64,000 nt of DNA from the human T2T-CHM13v2.0 reference genome, Homo sapiens. Below are positions 15,180-32,592 of this stretch, one piece after another. Location of the stretch: NCBI RefSeq assembly GCF_009914755.1, contig NC_060941.1; one strand, written 5' to 3'. The notes under the pieces were generated by a model. It ran no database searches. It saw only the letters and a program-made list of their open reading frames with translations, and had not been told where the DNA came from. The translations under genes and the position numbers were made by a program. Within the stretch, counting starts at the first letter, position 1; each line of letters starts with the position of its first letter.

Positions 15180-18100
15180 CATTTTTTGTTTTTATTAAGT
15201 CAAATTTATCAATCTTTTTCTTTTGGTTTTTAACTGGTGTTATGCTTATAAACATTTTTCTGCTATTATAATGAAAAAAAAAAACAAAAAAAAAAGAAGG
15301 ATAAGTGAGAAGAAAACATCAGAAACAAGACTCTCAATGAAAAACTCCATTACTCACTAAGGCCTTGGCATAGTCCCCAACTATGAAACAGATAATTTCA
15401 ACAGATAATTGAGTAGTGACAATTTGTCAACCGCTTCTGTTAGGTATCCACTGGGTGAAGCATGACCTAATACCTCCTTGAATTTGTACAGGGTATGTTG
15501 CAAATGTGCAAAATGACACAATGCCTATGGAATGGTGTCCAGAGATGTTGGATCTGTCCTTTTCAGTATCTAGAAAAATTACAAATGCACTTACCCTCTT
15601 CATTAAGCAGTGTCATTTCTGGGACTTCATCCTATAGATACACAGTACTTACATGCATACAATATGAATTTATGTGCAACAAAGCTAATATTTATTCGGC
15701 ACTTACCGTGTGCCAGGCACTATTCTAAGCACTGTACATATATATAGTAACCCACTGCAATACTGTTTGTAATAGCAAAGACTGAAACAACCCAAGTCCC
15801 ATTAGTAAAGGAAATGGTTAAATAAACTGTGGTAGATCCAGACAATGGAAGATAATGAAGCTGTACTGATGTACTGATAAGGAAATGTCTCCAAGATACG
15901 CTGTAAGTGAAGTGAGGACAAGATGCAGAGCAGACGACCTAGTGTGCTACCACTAGTATAAGAAAAGAAGACAATAATATATATGTGTATGTTTGTACTA
16001 AAAAAAATAAGGAAAGGCATACCAGAAATAGAAATAATAACCTAAGAGAGAGGCAGGGGAATGAAGAGTGACAGAGATGGAAACAAAATTCTTTTTCATA
16101 TACCTTTTTATATTTTGATTTTGGAACAATGTAATTTCATTATCTATTAAAAGAATTACACTTTAGAAAACAAAACAAAAAAATACACACATATATACTC
16201 CAAAACCCTGTGAGGAGCTTACACTTCACAATGCAATTTCACATCACTATCCTTGTTTTGATTCTTATTCTCACAACAATGCTGTGAGGAAAGAGGGCAG
16301 TAAGTAAAGCCAACATCGAACCCAGGTCTTAAATTCAAATTCCATCTTTCTCATAGGGCTCAGCTTCTTCCAGTTGAGCACTCTGTGGGCAAAGAGACTT
16401 GGGAGGTAGTTATGGCTTCAGCAACAGATAGCATTTAGTCTAGCTCAGGTACCTAACTTTGAAACAAACTCCATCTGCTCACAAACCCCATATCAACAAA
16501 CAGGAACCCTATTTTTGTTGGGTCCATTTATAATGTATTTTGTATCTTTTATTTATTTATTTTTTAGAGATGGAGTCTCACTATGTTGCCCAGGCTGGAC
16601 TTGAACTCCTGGGCCCAAACGATCCTCCTGCCTCAGCCCCCTGGGTAGCTAAGACTATAGGTGCATACTACCATGTTTGGCGAGCTATTTTGTCTGTTTA
16701 AATCAAAGAGACACCATGTGTTCTAAGTGCATGTATTTAGAAAGATAGATAACAGGATGGGTTGGATGTTTAAAAAAAAAAAAGCCAGAGGAAGAGAACC
16801 AAAACCACCCCTTATAATTATGACTGCCATTTGAAACAGTGATCTGAGAAGAGGCTTCTTTTTCCTCCAGAGAAAACATAGAAGTCTGGCTATGTGGTGA
16901 GGACACATTTACATTAATAAACCATTTGCTGATAAAAGAAGAGATACTCTTATAGCCGGATATTACTTGCGGCCTCTTTCAGAAACAAAGGTTAGAAGGT
17001 ACCGTTTCCCTAGTAAATATACTAGGAAAAATGCAGGGTGGAAAATGTGGTAGAGAAAAGGGGTTGTTTTGGCTTGTGGTTTGTATTTTTTAAACCACTA
17101 AACCACCACAAAGTTCAGTCAGCAGAAGTGTCCACAGCCTGAGAAGTGCCCCTCTACTAAGGAGCCCAGAAGAAGCCTGTTCACCTCCCGGCTGACTTCT
17201 TTCTCTAGACCAATGAGCATGAGCTAGGCAGCCCTGAGGGCACACACAGCTCTCCAGGATCTCTGAGGGTGAACCCGGAGAGGAAAGCACAAATTTAGAT
17301 GCCATCCAAGGGTCTTGTTTTCCCACTGAAACTCAATGACTTTTCTCTCACCCCAAACTATCGCTACTCCTATTTGTTTCAGACAAAGTCTGCTTGTCGG
17401 TCACTCCTCAAAAGCTCTGTGAATGGCAAGCCACATTATTTCTTGGCTTCACTCCTCTGACCTGTTCAACGCATGCTCCAAATGCCAAGAGCTGCACTTC
17501 TCAGCCACCATTTCTCTGGCTGGCCTCCCTCTCCCTTTTCAGAAAAAAAGCCACAGCCCTAACATCCTCCCTAAAGAGGGTCACCCTTGAAGAATCCCTA
17601 AGGAGGCCTCACAGTTCCAGTCACTGACCATCTCCCTTGCAGTTTATCCCGTGTGTGACTCTGCGCTTATTCTTGTGTTTATGTTTTACATATTTATTCT
17701 TACAATAGGTTACAAACACCATATGGGGCCAAGATTTACAGCCTTAATTGTCCCAGCTTCAATTCCTTGCAACCCCACTATACATAGCCTTTGAAAGAAC
17801 GAAGTACTGACATGCTGCTGATGGAGCATAATAGGACAGCTGGGCTTGCACCCTGACCCCTCCTGAAGTTTCCAAAAACTACCTTAAGTCCAACCCAACA
17901 GCCTTTCTCCTTGACCCATTTTCTGTCTGCTCTGCTGTTCCACTATTTACCACCATGTTCTTCCTGACGCCCTCTAGTCCTGGGCTTCCTAGGCGCTCTC
18001 TCCAACCCCTCACCCTTTTCAATCACCTCAGCTTCCATGTCTTCCTATTGTCTCCCCACTGAGGGGAGGTACTCCCTAGTTCTTCTTCTGTTAACTGCCC

Positions 18101-18589
18101 TCTTGGAAAAAAAATCATCCCTTCTCTGCTTTTCTCGGTCTATTTATCCTATATCTTACAGTCTGAGGAGCACACCATGAATGCCACTTCTGTCACATCA
18201 CAGCCCTCTTCAAATCCCCTTCCTGTGTCACAGGTGAATAAGTATAAATTCCTCTGAGGGTCAGAGACATTCATTCCACCATGGCCTATGCACGGTTCCT
18301 TGCATCCCATCAATAAATAAATGTGAGTTGATGCTACTGCTAATGGTTTTTTCTCAGCACTAAGTTTATTCACCTCCACTGCTTTCTCTCACGACACTAA
18401 GCCCACACTATGGGTCATCTGCCCACTACACTGGGGATGTAGCATAATGATCACATTAGGGCACTGAATTTTTAGAGATCTGAAACTGGAACCATGGGGC
18501 AAGTTAGATGCCCTCCTCTAGAAGGGAAAGGTTAGGGAGCTTCATGTTCTTGTTCTCTTGCCGTCAGTCTATAGATAACATTAACAACA

Positions 18590-18810
18590 GTAGCAATGGG
18601 AGCTAATATTTCTAAGCACTTCTTATGCGCCTCACATGGTTCTCACAACAACCCTACGAGATAGGTCCAATTATTATCCCTATTTTACAGATGAGAAAGC
18701 TGAGGCTCAGACAGGTTAAATGCCAATGACCACTGTTACACAGCCAATAGATGGGTTAGCCAGGATGCATACCCAGGCAGTCTGGCTCCAGATTCTGTGC
18801 TTAACCTCCA
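18590..18810 (-). mobile_element. MIR
   Basis: MIR core attttacagatgagaaagctgaggctcaga. Confidence 0.8.
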
Positions 18811-19146
18811 TCCTTCTTAAACCAGTGCAAACACCTTGGAGACAATCTGGTGAAAATTACAGATCTTATCTACAGGTAAAAACACATCTATACACAAAAC
18901 TCTACATTCAATATGAGGAGATTTCTCCCTGAAGCAGATGCCTCATTGCAGGTTAGGAGCTCTGTCACATAGTCTGTCCTTGCCCAAATAATGATAGCCC
19001 TCTCTTAGTCACACACTTTGATCAGGAAGCACCAGTGAACTGGAGAGTATGTGCTTCCTCTATTCCATCTACATACACTATTTCTCAGCCAAAGTCATGC
19101 AGGCTTTTTGGTTAATAAAGATGGATGGTGAAAAGCCCTTCTGAGA

Positions 19147-19597
<451 letters not shown>

Positions 19598-21063
19598 TTA
19601 AGTTCTACAATTCACTCTTGTTTCAGCAAGTCTGGCCCAACATTGCCTAGTTTCCATTATTGTACTAGAGATCCAGAACTGAACCTCAAACAGACCTGCA
19701 AATAACTGATTGTCTTTTGTAAGTAATACATAGGGAATTTTAGGGAAGCTGTCTGTGTCAAATTAAGAGATTTGAATTCCAATTCTATCTCTGATTCTGT
19801 GCAACCCAAACAAGACACAACTGTCAGTAAGTTTTAGTTTCTTCACATAAAACCTGGGTATAATCACCCATGTTCACATCCTGAGTTACTCTACTCTGAT
19901 GTCATGAGGAGAAATAAATACAAATACATTAGCGAACTTTGAATTCTCACGAAGCAAGATGCCCTGTAGCTTTATGTCCTGAGTACCTCCAACAGAAATA
20001 TGGGCTGTTCATAACTCCTTAGATTTATATAACAATATACAGTTTGAAAAATGCCTGCATACATTATTTCATTTGATGGCTACATACAAACTGTAGGAGC
20101 TCATAAAGAAACAAATTGTCCATGTTATTGACATAGAAATGTGACACTACAATGAGTTAAATTACTGCCCAGCATCTAAAATCAAGAATTAATTATTAGT
20201 AACTGTCTCTCCACAACTCACCTGGTTCTACAACATAGCATTTTATGAAGAATATGTTGATTTTTGTGCCTAGCTTTGAATATACCATCTCCAAAATCAC
20301 TTGTGGCAGTTGGGCTGGTGAGACAATTAAAGGTCATAATGTTGGTTTTTAGGAAGCAGCAGAAATCTACATATAGTCTGAATTGATAACATGTTTCTTT
20401 CTAATCTCTAACATGCCAAAGTATCTTTAACTGAAACCATTTAGAGGCTCCTTTCTAGAAGGAAGTCTGAAAATTTTACTAAAATGAAAGAAATCAGGAA
20501 CAGAGAGGCTCACTTGTAAGAAAAGATTAAAAATGTGGGTTAAAAACAATTTCAAATGTTCATGTATCTGAAAGGAACAAAAGCAATGTGAAAAATGGAA
20601 AACTCATCTTGGTTCAAAATGAAAACCAGGAGAGACAAAATTTTTAAAAGGTAAGTATTTTCCTTCAGTGAACATTGCAGAATTAGAAAATATCCTCCAT
20701 ATCTTCACTTAAAAGTTGTTACTTATCATATTGAGAAACTGGACCAAATAAGCATTAAGAACTATATTATGATAATTCCACATTTAGAGTTCTGCTGTGT
20801 CAGGCTCTAGAAATGGAATACAATCTCATAACTAAGTGAACCAATCACAAAGAAGTAAAGTTTCATAGTAAGACTGGTTCATTAGAAAGACCATCTAGGA
20901 ATTTAATTTATTGACTATCAAATACACTATTATTTGCATGACAGAATATTGATAACTACTGAAGGTGGGTGACAGGCATATGCAGGGTTCTTTAATACAA
21001 TCCTGTTTACTTTATATATGTTTAAAATTGTCCAAGATAAAAAGTTAAGAACTAAATAACCTT

Positions 21064-21458
<395 letters not shown>

Positions 21459-24400
21459 TCACAATGTGCTAACATGTGACAAACCCTCACAGAATGCCCC
21501 AATCTCCACTCTTTACTCAGATTCCCAGCCACAAATGATGCTCTAGGGGCCTTTTCTCCCAATGTCAGACATTTACATAACATCTCCAGGTCCTTCATAC
21601 AGTTTTATATCCCTTCATCCACTCTTTCTGGTCACCAATGACCATGAACTGACCTGTTATTTCTTGAGTGGACGACATGCTACTAGAACAGGGAAGGTGA
21701 GAGAAAGCACAGTTTAGTGGTTAAGAAAACTGGCTCTGGTGTCAGGCCATCTGGGTTATAATTCTGGCTCTATCATTTACTAGCTAGGGGATCTGCAGGT
21801 CACTTTGGCTTAGAGATTAGGCTCTTCTCAGATGAATTTCTGACTAATAACGAGAGGAATCAAAGGTGACTTCCTTGATTTTAAATTCTTAAATATTTTA
21901 TAAAATATTTTTATCAACTTTTCAAAATGAAAGATAATATATCAAATCCCGAAGTCTGTTCCCTCACCTAATTGTGAAATTCATTTCTGATATGATCCAT
22001 TAACAAGGTACAAAATGGATAGTCAAGTATTTTAAGAAGCAGGGGAGAAAAGAAACCCAGGTTGGTATTACATGTTAGATATGCATCCAATTTTCAGTAC
22101 AACTGACTATGAATACTAGAATTCATCAACTTGAAGTAATCCAACTGGTACAGTAAAGCAAAAACTGATTTCTCCTTTTATGTCCTCCTGCTCAGAAGAA
22201 ACCTTCTGTCCATTTTTGGAATAGTCAGGTTATGTGTTACAAAAGAGTTTCTGGGCAGGAGAGCCATGAACATGACCAATGGGGAGAACCAAAGCCAGGG
22301 CTGGGCAAAGGGGAAAGGCAGCTTGCCCAGGTATCTTTGCTCTGTTTATCTCCAGCATGTATTATCAACACTGCTTTTTCAGAAACATCAATCTTAACAG
22401 TCAGAAATCCCAAAGAGAATAGCAACAAACTGTTAACAATGTTATCTACAGAAACAAAATCCCAGCAATGCTTCTTAAGGTTGTCATATCTCCCAAGAGA
22501 GCATAAACAGAGGTCCTACCTCAGACCTGCCAGCCAATGTCCACTAGGATGACAGACAAGAAGGCCCTGCTGGGATAAACACATATTGCCAACATAATAA
22601 CATACTATGCGCTCTCCTGAGGTCAGGCCAAGTGTGCCAATTAAATTAGATCATGTTTTCTTTCCTTCCTTCCTGTTAAGTTAGAAAGAACATTACCAAG
22701 AAACACATGAGAATAATTTATTTTGGCTTGAATGAACGACTCCCTACCCCCACTTCAGTTCTATTTCTTATCTTTTGGCTCTCTACTGAAATGCTTTGCT
22801 GTGTATAGTCACAGGCATTTCAGTTATTTGAGAACAACAAAAAAGTTAATCTTTACTAGATAGCTGCAGATTTCACTAAGAAGGATTACAGGAGAGTTAC
22901 AGGGATAGCAAGATCCCATATTTTACAGTTCTCTAAGCATAATAATGAAATGAGTAAGTTAGCAAAAGCAAAACTTTTATTGAGTAAAAGTAAAGAGGTA
23001 AAGCTAAATGGAAAAATTATATACAGTAAAGTGACCTAAAATTATCTTTAAGTATTTAGGTTCAAAATAATAAAGACATTAACTCACACTACATAAAACA
23101 CATTTTCCTGATTTTACAAGTGTTTATCCTCTCTTAACCAGATAACACTACTATCTTCAAACTCACTGACTATTACAGATGGAAAAATATCGCAGCAAGC
23201 TGACGGATCCAGGCTCATCTAAACAAATATAACTTTAGTTATTTTCCTAGGTGCTAACCTATATGATAACAAATCCAATTATAGGAACCAAATTAGACCA
23301 GAAATGAAACAGAAGCTGCAGGGGGTTCATTGGAAGCAACAGGAAAACTTTAACTCAGTATCTTATGTTTGCTAGAAATAATCAAATCTTTCAAATTTTA
23401 AGACAAGTATCCATCTCTTAACTATCACCAACTTACAGATATAACTAAACTGTGAGTTATTTTTACTCTGCTAACTTTGCTGAGGTTTAAACCCTTCTCT
23501 ACTTGACCCTAATGTGTATTTGTCTTAAAATAAAATTCACCTTACAAGAAACCACCAATTTTAAAAAGTATTCTAATTTGTAGTAGTTAACTTAATAGGC
23601 ACCCCTAAAATCACAGAACAATTATAGAAATCACAGAAGGTAGACATGTAACTATCTGATGATGAAGAGAAATGCAGTAACAGCACTTGTATTTGTTTAC
23701 ATATAAACACTGGGCTGCTGAGTATCACAGCATATTCCAGGGACAGTCAGCCAAAATCCACCAGTGATTATTCTCATAGAGAGATGAAAAGCCCTCGAAT
23801 GACAAATAAATGGTCTTCAGATTTTGGCTATCACATACAAGCCTGTGCTGCCCAATCAGCATACTAAAATGCTGTCAAGTTCAAAACTCAGCTTAACAGG
23901 CTCTTCTAAAACAGCAATTTTTCAAATAGGAGCTATGGAAGTCCCATATGCTCATATCCAAACCTCCACACCCCCTGCTCTACCTTTTACCCTTGGAAAT
24001 CCTACGGCTGTGAGGAACATAGCTGGAAAATCACGATTCTAAACACAGAGAGGGGCAACAACAAAGAGTTGCTAAAATTTCTTTTTCTTTCTTTTTTTAA
24101 AAATAAAATGCCTGGCTAATTCCTGTTGGGTAAAATGTATGCTCAAGTTTGTTTCCAAATATCTCTGAATGTCACTTCTCTGGCTTCCCTACCTGGTTCT
24201 TCTCAGTCTTCTAACTAGTCTACTAAGGTGCGGTTAATGTTTTTCCTAGCCAGAATCCATTGGCTAAAAGAAAAAGGGACTCTGAGAAAGAACTGGCTAT
24301 AAAATGCCCCCAGCACACATGAATCTACATGCTCACAGGTACACATATGCCATGGTGATTGCCACTTTTGGTTTGGAACCCTAAAAATTAAAGCGTAAAA

Positions 24401-24795
24401 TCTCTTTCAAAAGCTATTACTAAAGACAGTCTTTAAAAATGTGGTCTCAAAATTTTACAATAATATACCCTAAACTGTTAATCAACAGTGATCTCTAGGT
24501 GGTTGGATTATTAGAGACTTTTTATCTGTATTTTAAAATTTTTCTACAACTCATATATTACTGTGTTATTTTGTTTAGTCTACTTAGTGTAAGTTATGAC
24601 TTCTCCCTAGGTTTTGATTTGCCAGTATAAAGAAGTGCTAAGTGGTAAGCAAAGTGTTCATTTCCACTTTAGGTATGACAACTTCTAAGGAGTCTCTAAT
24701 AAATGCCTAAAGAAAGCTTCTTGCCAGTCCCATTCTCCCATACAGAAGGCTTCTGACTTTCTAGAGTACTGATGTAGTAGATGAAAATACATCAA

Positions 24796-25175
<380 letters not shown>

Positions 25176-25434
25176 CTACAAAGAGGGGAGGGTCAACACA
25201 GTTTGCAACAAATGCAGCACATAGCAGTCTCAGAGCCAACCTGGGAGTTCAGGCATGCCATAATGGTCAGGAGAATCCTGGGGGCAAATCAGATCCTCAG
25301 ATTTTTCTGTAGAATAATCTAGTCAGTGGAGCCAATTACTGAGAAATCCTCCACACTAGAGCAGCTTGACACCCAGACAGGCAGAGTAGAGCAGGCCCAG
25401 TCACCTGGAGTTAGTATTACCAAACTGAGCTCAC

Positions 25435-25504
25435 CTTTGTGGCCATGGTCTTCACCCCATGAATTCTCCACTCTCCATTTTGTGAAAGCACCATCCTGAT
25501 CATC
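25435..25504 (-). CDS. BLMH: BLMH exon 11 (70 nt; DDQDGAFTKWRVENSWGEDHGHK; catalytic Asn396)
   Basis: ttgcag|GATGAT...ACAAAG|gtgagc; VENSWG motif. Confidence 0.98.
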
Positions 25505-25600
25505 CTGCAAAAAAGTGGATGATGGTGAGTAGTCTGAAGCCAGATTCTCCCTGCTGAGGTGTCATATAATTTTAGCTCTTCTGTAGCCACTTGAAAGAAA

Positions 25601-25653
25601 CAGCCTGCTCTATACAGGCAGCCTGCTCTATACAGGCAGCCTGCTCTAAACAG
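25601..25653. repeat. 18-bp minisatellite, about 3 copies (CAGCCTGCTCTATACAGG)
   Basis: Two exact copies plus one degenerate copy. Confidence 0.9.
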
Positions 25654-27304
25654 TACTTGGTCAGGGCTATATATTTCCTACGATCACTAAAGGGATACTC
25701 CAGTAGAAATGGAATTTGAATCTCTTGGGGTAAAAACATAATAAACTAACAAAGCAATAAATACTATTTCATCCTTTCTATTCTATTGTATACATAAAAT
25801 AGGCATGTAAAAATGCTACTTGACTAAGAAAAACTATATTAACCTACTAAAAGCAGTAAACATTTGAAGCTGGGGATTCTTGCTTTTAATCAATCAATAT
25901 TGATTAAAGCAAATGCATCCTACTTTATTTTAGGAATAATTCTAAAACCTGGTCAGAGTCTTTTTTAAACAAAACAAAACAAACTCATCATACTGCCTGA
26001 TTTTCTACTTGGGGAAACCAAATAATGATACTCTCCCAAATGCATTCTTTTACTGATCCAGTTACACAAATATTGAATTTCAAAGAAGAGACTGAATGGC
26101 AAAGCAAAAGTAAAAAGACCATTTTCATAAACAAAAGCCAGGCACTTCTACTGTTCTCCTTCTTCCATCTTCATTATTAAAATAAGCTCAATTTTGGTCT
26201 TCTTAAAGGGACAGTGATACTCATCACAACAACCTTCATTTACAGCCTTTACTATAGTGACACAGAGAGGGACAAGAGGAAGGCTCCATTTGGGAAAAGA
26301 CTTTTTTCTTTCATGTTTACCCAGGACATTTACTGATGTCAAGGCAACTTAAATCTTTGTAGCATGAGAAGAGCACTCACCCCTGTATTATCGCCTAATG
26401 ATTTCATCTGTCAACTCCCACTTGCAAATAACTATATGATGAGTCTCATCTATATGGGATTTGGTTCTCTTTGGCTCTGCTAACCCAAACACTCCACTCT
26501 TGGCAGTTTTCTTGGATCTCAGTAATTTTCTGTCTCACAAATAGCGCCAACAAACTCACAAGTTTCACACACCCTTACCTGTACTAATCCTTACTCTTTG
26601 CCCCCAAATCCTTTAAAACCATATCGTTATATACTATACATTCTGCAGCTGGCATATTATATGTCTGTTTTGGTTTTCTATTCCTCCCACTGTAGTCCAA
26701 CTTTACTTTCCTTTTAAATATCACTGTTAGAATCGATGTCACCTAAAGTGATATAGTTACTTGTTACTCTAAGTCTGAAAATGTTTCCTATGTTTTCCCC
26801 TTGGCCAATGAATTCCTGGAGTGACCTAGATCAAATTGTTCTCTGGGTCATCTACAATTACAAAATGATTAATACCTGGAACTCCCTTATAGGGATTCCA
26901 TGATATCAGCAACAAAAGAAAGAAAATTGTGGAAATATAACCACTAGTATGCATTTACCTCTGTACTATTACTCAAGTGTAGTTCAAACTCGTTTTTGGG
27001 ATCAAAAACTCTAGTGGAATGAAGAGAAAATGTTCAATATAAAATTCCAGGTATAATAATATAAATTCTGCTTTATACCATTAGCATGTAAGGTAGCTCC
27101 ATTTTCCTAAGGAAACAACCCATGCTAATCAAAGAATGGAAGTTCCCAAGAAAATGACAGTGGTATTCATTATTTTTATTCCTGAAAAATAGGAGTATTC
27201 TATAACAGAGATAGAAATGATAAAAAGCTGAATTTTTCTTGGAAATTACAAGTTTTTGTTTGTTTGTTTTTTTAAAAACAAACAAACAAACAAAACAAAT
27301 TCTC

Positions 27305-28050
<746 letters not shown>

Positions 28051-28769
28051 TAACTTTATGTTTTGTTTATAATTCAAATGTGAGAATTTTGTTAAATTGG
28101 GGTGATAACACTTAAATCACCTTTTGCTGTTTTAAAATGACTTTTCTTGATCTACATAAGTAATGCAAATTATACTCCACACATTCTCCTGGGTAACCCT
28201 AAAAACCTGTTTCTTGGTGTGGGAGTCTCGCTAACTACAGAGCTGAGATTACTGACGAATGGAATAATGAGGAAAACAGCTCGCTGGTTTACAAGACCTC
28301 AACCTTTACATTTATTTATGAAAACTACATGAGGATCAGGAGTATCAGCATTAAGACTGCCTCTTAAGTTCAGGGCACCTTTACACCATACTGTGTTTGA
28401 TCTCATATAAAACTGAGAATACCTCAGAGTTCTACTACTTAAAGCACTAGCCTTATAATTTGCAGGAATGTAATTAAACCTTTAAGACCAAGTTTTGAAT
28501 ACAGAGAGAGCACAGGGATCTTAGATGCTGTGGGGTTGAAAGGGCACCCTTCAAGTGAAGTAGTTGGAAGAGGTGAGAAAAAGGTACAGAAAGAAAACCC
28601 CATCCCACTCACAATTCTGCATAGAGTATAAAAAGCAAATCAGGACTTTTAGATAGGCTAGTTAGGAAAATGTGGCATAATGATATGCTAAGATATTTCT
28701 AAACATTTTAAAGATCATAAATCTAGTGGATAGGATAGCAAAAACAATTCTCTATCAAACCATTTTCTA

Positions 28770-29087
<318 letters not shown>

Positions 29088-29821
29088 TTATATAAGGTAG
29101 TTATTCTGTGACTTTCCAGGAATTAGGCTAGAAAGAATATTTTTGCTTGTGGTGGTAAAGAATTAAAGTAGTTCAAGTTCTTCCTTCCTGATGATCCTGA
29201 GCACAGAGGTGAAAATATCTATTTTTACTGACTGGAAGTGAGGAGTTTATTTGTGAAAGATAAAATTTCAGTTGTTTCCAACTCTATAACCTATAAAAAG
29301 TGGTATTACTATACACACTATTTCACAGGAAATTCAAAATACTTTACATCCAATTTCCTGAAGCTCTGCATATAACTAGAAATGGGTATGGAGTCCACAA
29401 ATTACTGTTATTGACATTTTACTGCAAAAGAATCTGAATGACAAATGAAGGGAAATCTGAACATAGGTCATCAAGATATGAACACTTTCAGGGCACATTT
29501 TGATTCCTTATAAAGTAGAAGTTATCTTCTCTCAAGTTCCCTTGCTGACTTCTCTTTAAACCATGACCTTCCAAAGTTACAGAAACAGTTACTTGGTCGC
29601 TCCCTGCTGACCCAAATTCTCCTCATAGAAAGTTCCTATTTTTATATTACCTCTAAGCACGCAGCCAAGCCCCAAGTGACGCAGGTACGATGTCTTACTT
29701 GGAAACTAACTTTTAACAGAAATCATATACACTATGAATGAAGCTTTGTTGGGTAAACAGTCTACAGGAGAATGTAGATCCATCTGTGCAAACACTCCAG
29801 CAGGCATGCTGAGGGTCATAC

Positions 29822-29939
29822 CTTCTCTGAGACAGCAGTGAAGGTCATGGCGTGGGTCATAAGTGACTCACCAAAAGTCAGCCTCTCCGCTTTATTCATG
29901 TTCTTCAAGGAGACACCAAACACTAACTCATGGTCATAG
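29822..29939 (-). CDS. BLMH: BLMH exon 10 (118 nt; YDHELVF...SLMTHAMTFTAVSEK; catalytic His372)
   Basis: ttacag|CTATGAC...GAGAAG|gtatga. Confidence 0.98.
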
Positions 29940-30380
29940 CTGTAAAAAGAATGATAGTACAAAATAAAGGGAGTACGATCATGGGGAAAACTGGCTTTTG
30001 GTTGTAAAAGGAATTCAGAAGAAACTGAAGGGGCTCAACAGCTCCAAATAAATAAGGCTCTAGCTGTAGCTCTTCAGAAAGAATATGGAACATGCAGAAC
30101 TTAGTCTCTCAGTGGGAGTCCATTCTCTATGTGTCACAAGAGTATGCAGGAAAAAAAGGAGATGATTAAACATAAATTCTCCACATCAGAAGCTGACAAG
30201 TTTACATTGTCATTTAGGCAAGAAAACTTTAAAAAATAATGAAAAAAGCTTTTGAAGTAACTTCTTAGAAAACTGATCTCTTTTGAGCTGGTGGAACCAA
30301 CCAGTTTCTGAATTCATTTAAATCACTGCTGATTAAAATTTAAATAAATAATGTCCAAAATATTGGGGAATATTTTTGCA

Positions 30381-30500
30381 TAAGCACTACACTCACATTG
30401 TTAAATACAAAGAAACAAAAGGCAAAATACATGTGAGAGAGGTCCTTGCATGTTCTAGTTAGTGTGAGAGACACACTTGGGAGTTGCATGTACCTGTTTT
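30381..30500. repeat. Diverged ~120-bp direct repeat, copy A (intron 9)
   Basis: Aligns to 31563-31687; 29-nt identical core GGCAAAATACATGTGAGAGAGGTCCTTGC at 30421-30449. Confidence 0.9.
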
Positions 30501-31111
30501 CAAAAATTTTTTAAACCTCATTAATTCTTTTTTTTAGCAGATTTCTCTATCAAGATATTTACTCAACTTCCTACAAGTAACAACTATTTATAAGTAACCC
30601 TAAAATAGAGAATGGTGAACAGTCAAGGAATCCTATATGATTTAGTTTACAAATTAACCTTCATTGTCATAAATGACCAGGAGGAATGCTATAAAGTATG
30701 CATGCAAATTAGTCCCACTTGTCACAATGACAAAATACAAAGTTACCAAAGTAACATAGCAAACGGGGGCTCTGGAAAATCTTTCATTACACTCCCAAAT
30801 GCACTGAACACATTTCCGCAATAGTCAATTATTTTTTTAAAGTGTCTTTCTCATAGAGGATGGCTTTTTAGGAACGCCCAACGATTTCCACTCAGATAGA
30901 AAGTGGGATTTTGATGTCCTGGGTTAGAGTGTTTAAGTATGTGGAGTTTCTGCTATGAGTCCTCAAACTCTAAAGGATGCAAAGAAAGAGACGCGCCCTT
31001 AGGTCAACCTTCATCTTTGGATGAACCTCGGCAGAGTCATTTTGTACCAACAGCACACTCCAACAGCAACAACCCACAAATGACTTTCCATTTTAAATTT
31101 CCTGCACTCAC

Positions 31112-31179
31112 AGATTCATGTCACTGAGGCCCAGCTTGCTATTGAAGTGTTTTCCAACATCACAGCCAAACCACACAGC
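31112..31179 (-). CDS. BLMH: BLMH exon 9 (68 nt; AVWFGCDVGK...SDMN)
   Basis: ttctag|GCTGTGTGG...AATCT|gtgagt; follows the 112-nt intron 8. Confidence 0.97.
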
Positions 31180-31291
31180 CTAGAAACAGAAGAAAGAGGA
31201 AGAAAGTCAACATAAACCCCATCTTCCTATTATACCAAAGAAGTAAAAGATGTTTTAACCCCAATGTGCAAAATACAGAAACAATACCAAC

Positions 31292-31450
31292 CTCTCCATC
31301 TTTGATGGAGGCAGCAACCATCTTTTTCAGGAAGTCAATGGGCTGGTTGTTGTATAGAGTTTTTCTCCCTCCAACCATATTGCTTAAGTATTCCACTGTG
31401 TAAAGTTTGTTGTACTTGTGCTGGGGCCTAGGGTCATTCACTAAACAAAT
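31292..31450 (-). CDS. BLMH: BLMH exon 8 (159 nt; ICLVNDPRPQH...SIKDGE)
   Basis: tgatag|ATTTGTTTA...GGAGAG|gttggt; ORF 31160..31441. Confidence 0.98.
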
Positions 31451-31562
31451 CTATCAAGATCAAGAACACATTAATTAGGGCACAAAACCAGGAATGTCAA
31501 GCAACACACAGCTCTCCTCTAGGTTCATGTTTCCATCAAGCTCATCATCTCTGCCTACAAGC

Positions 31563-32048
<486 letters not shown>

Positions 32049-32592
32049 TGAGTAAGAAAAATTGGAGAGCTAATCACAAGGCCCCTGTTCTCAAGTTACA
32101 AGACAGGCATCTGCTTGGAAGAGGATCAAGAAGCCAATAAAAGGAAGAGGCTCTGATCCTCCTACTAGGCAGATGAGGAAGACCTAAAGGGAACAGGAAA
32201 AACTAAGATTACTCCCTTCAACAGGAGAGTTCCCCGAGGGGACCTCAGTGCAAAAGTGCTCTGAATCCACGATAAGAAATACCCAACACACTTTCATTGT
32301 TTTGCACTTGAGAATGATTCTGGTCCTATACAGGGGCGCATGTGGGAATTAAAATGACTGCTGGCTTACAGTTTAAAAAGTCTCTGAAGAGGAACATTGT
32401 GGAAAAGCTGATAAATCCTGGCACCACCAACTTCATTAGCTGCATAAAATACTTCAGAGGAAGTGGGGAAAAATGTTTGTTTGCTGTCTAGTTTGATACT
32501 CATACATGCTAACCAAGAATCTTATACAATTCCCTGTGGTTAACAGCCATTTGAAAGTAAACAGCCAGTGACTACCAGTGCCATTCACCAAC

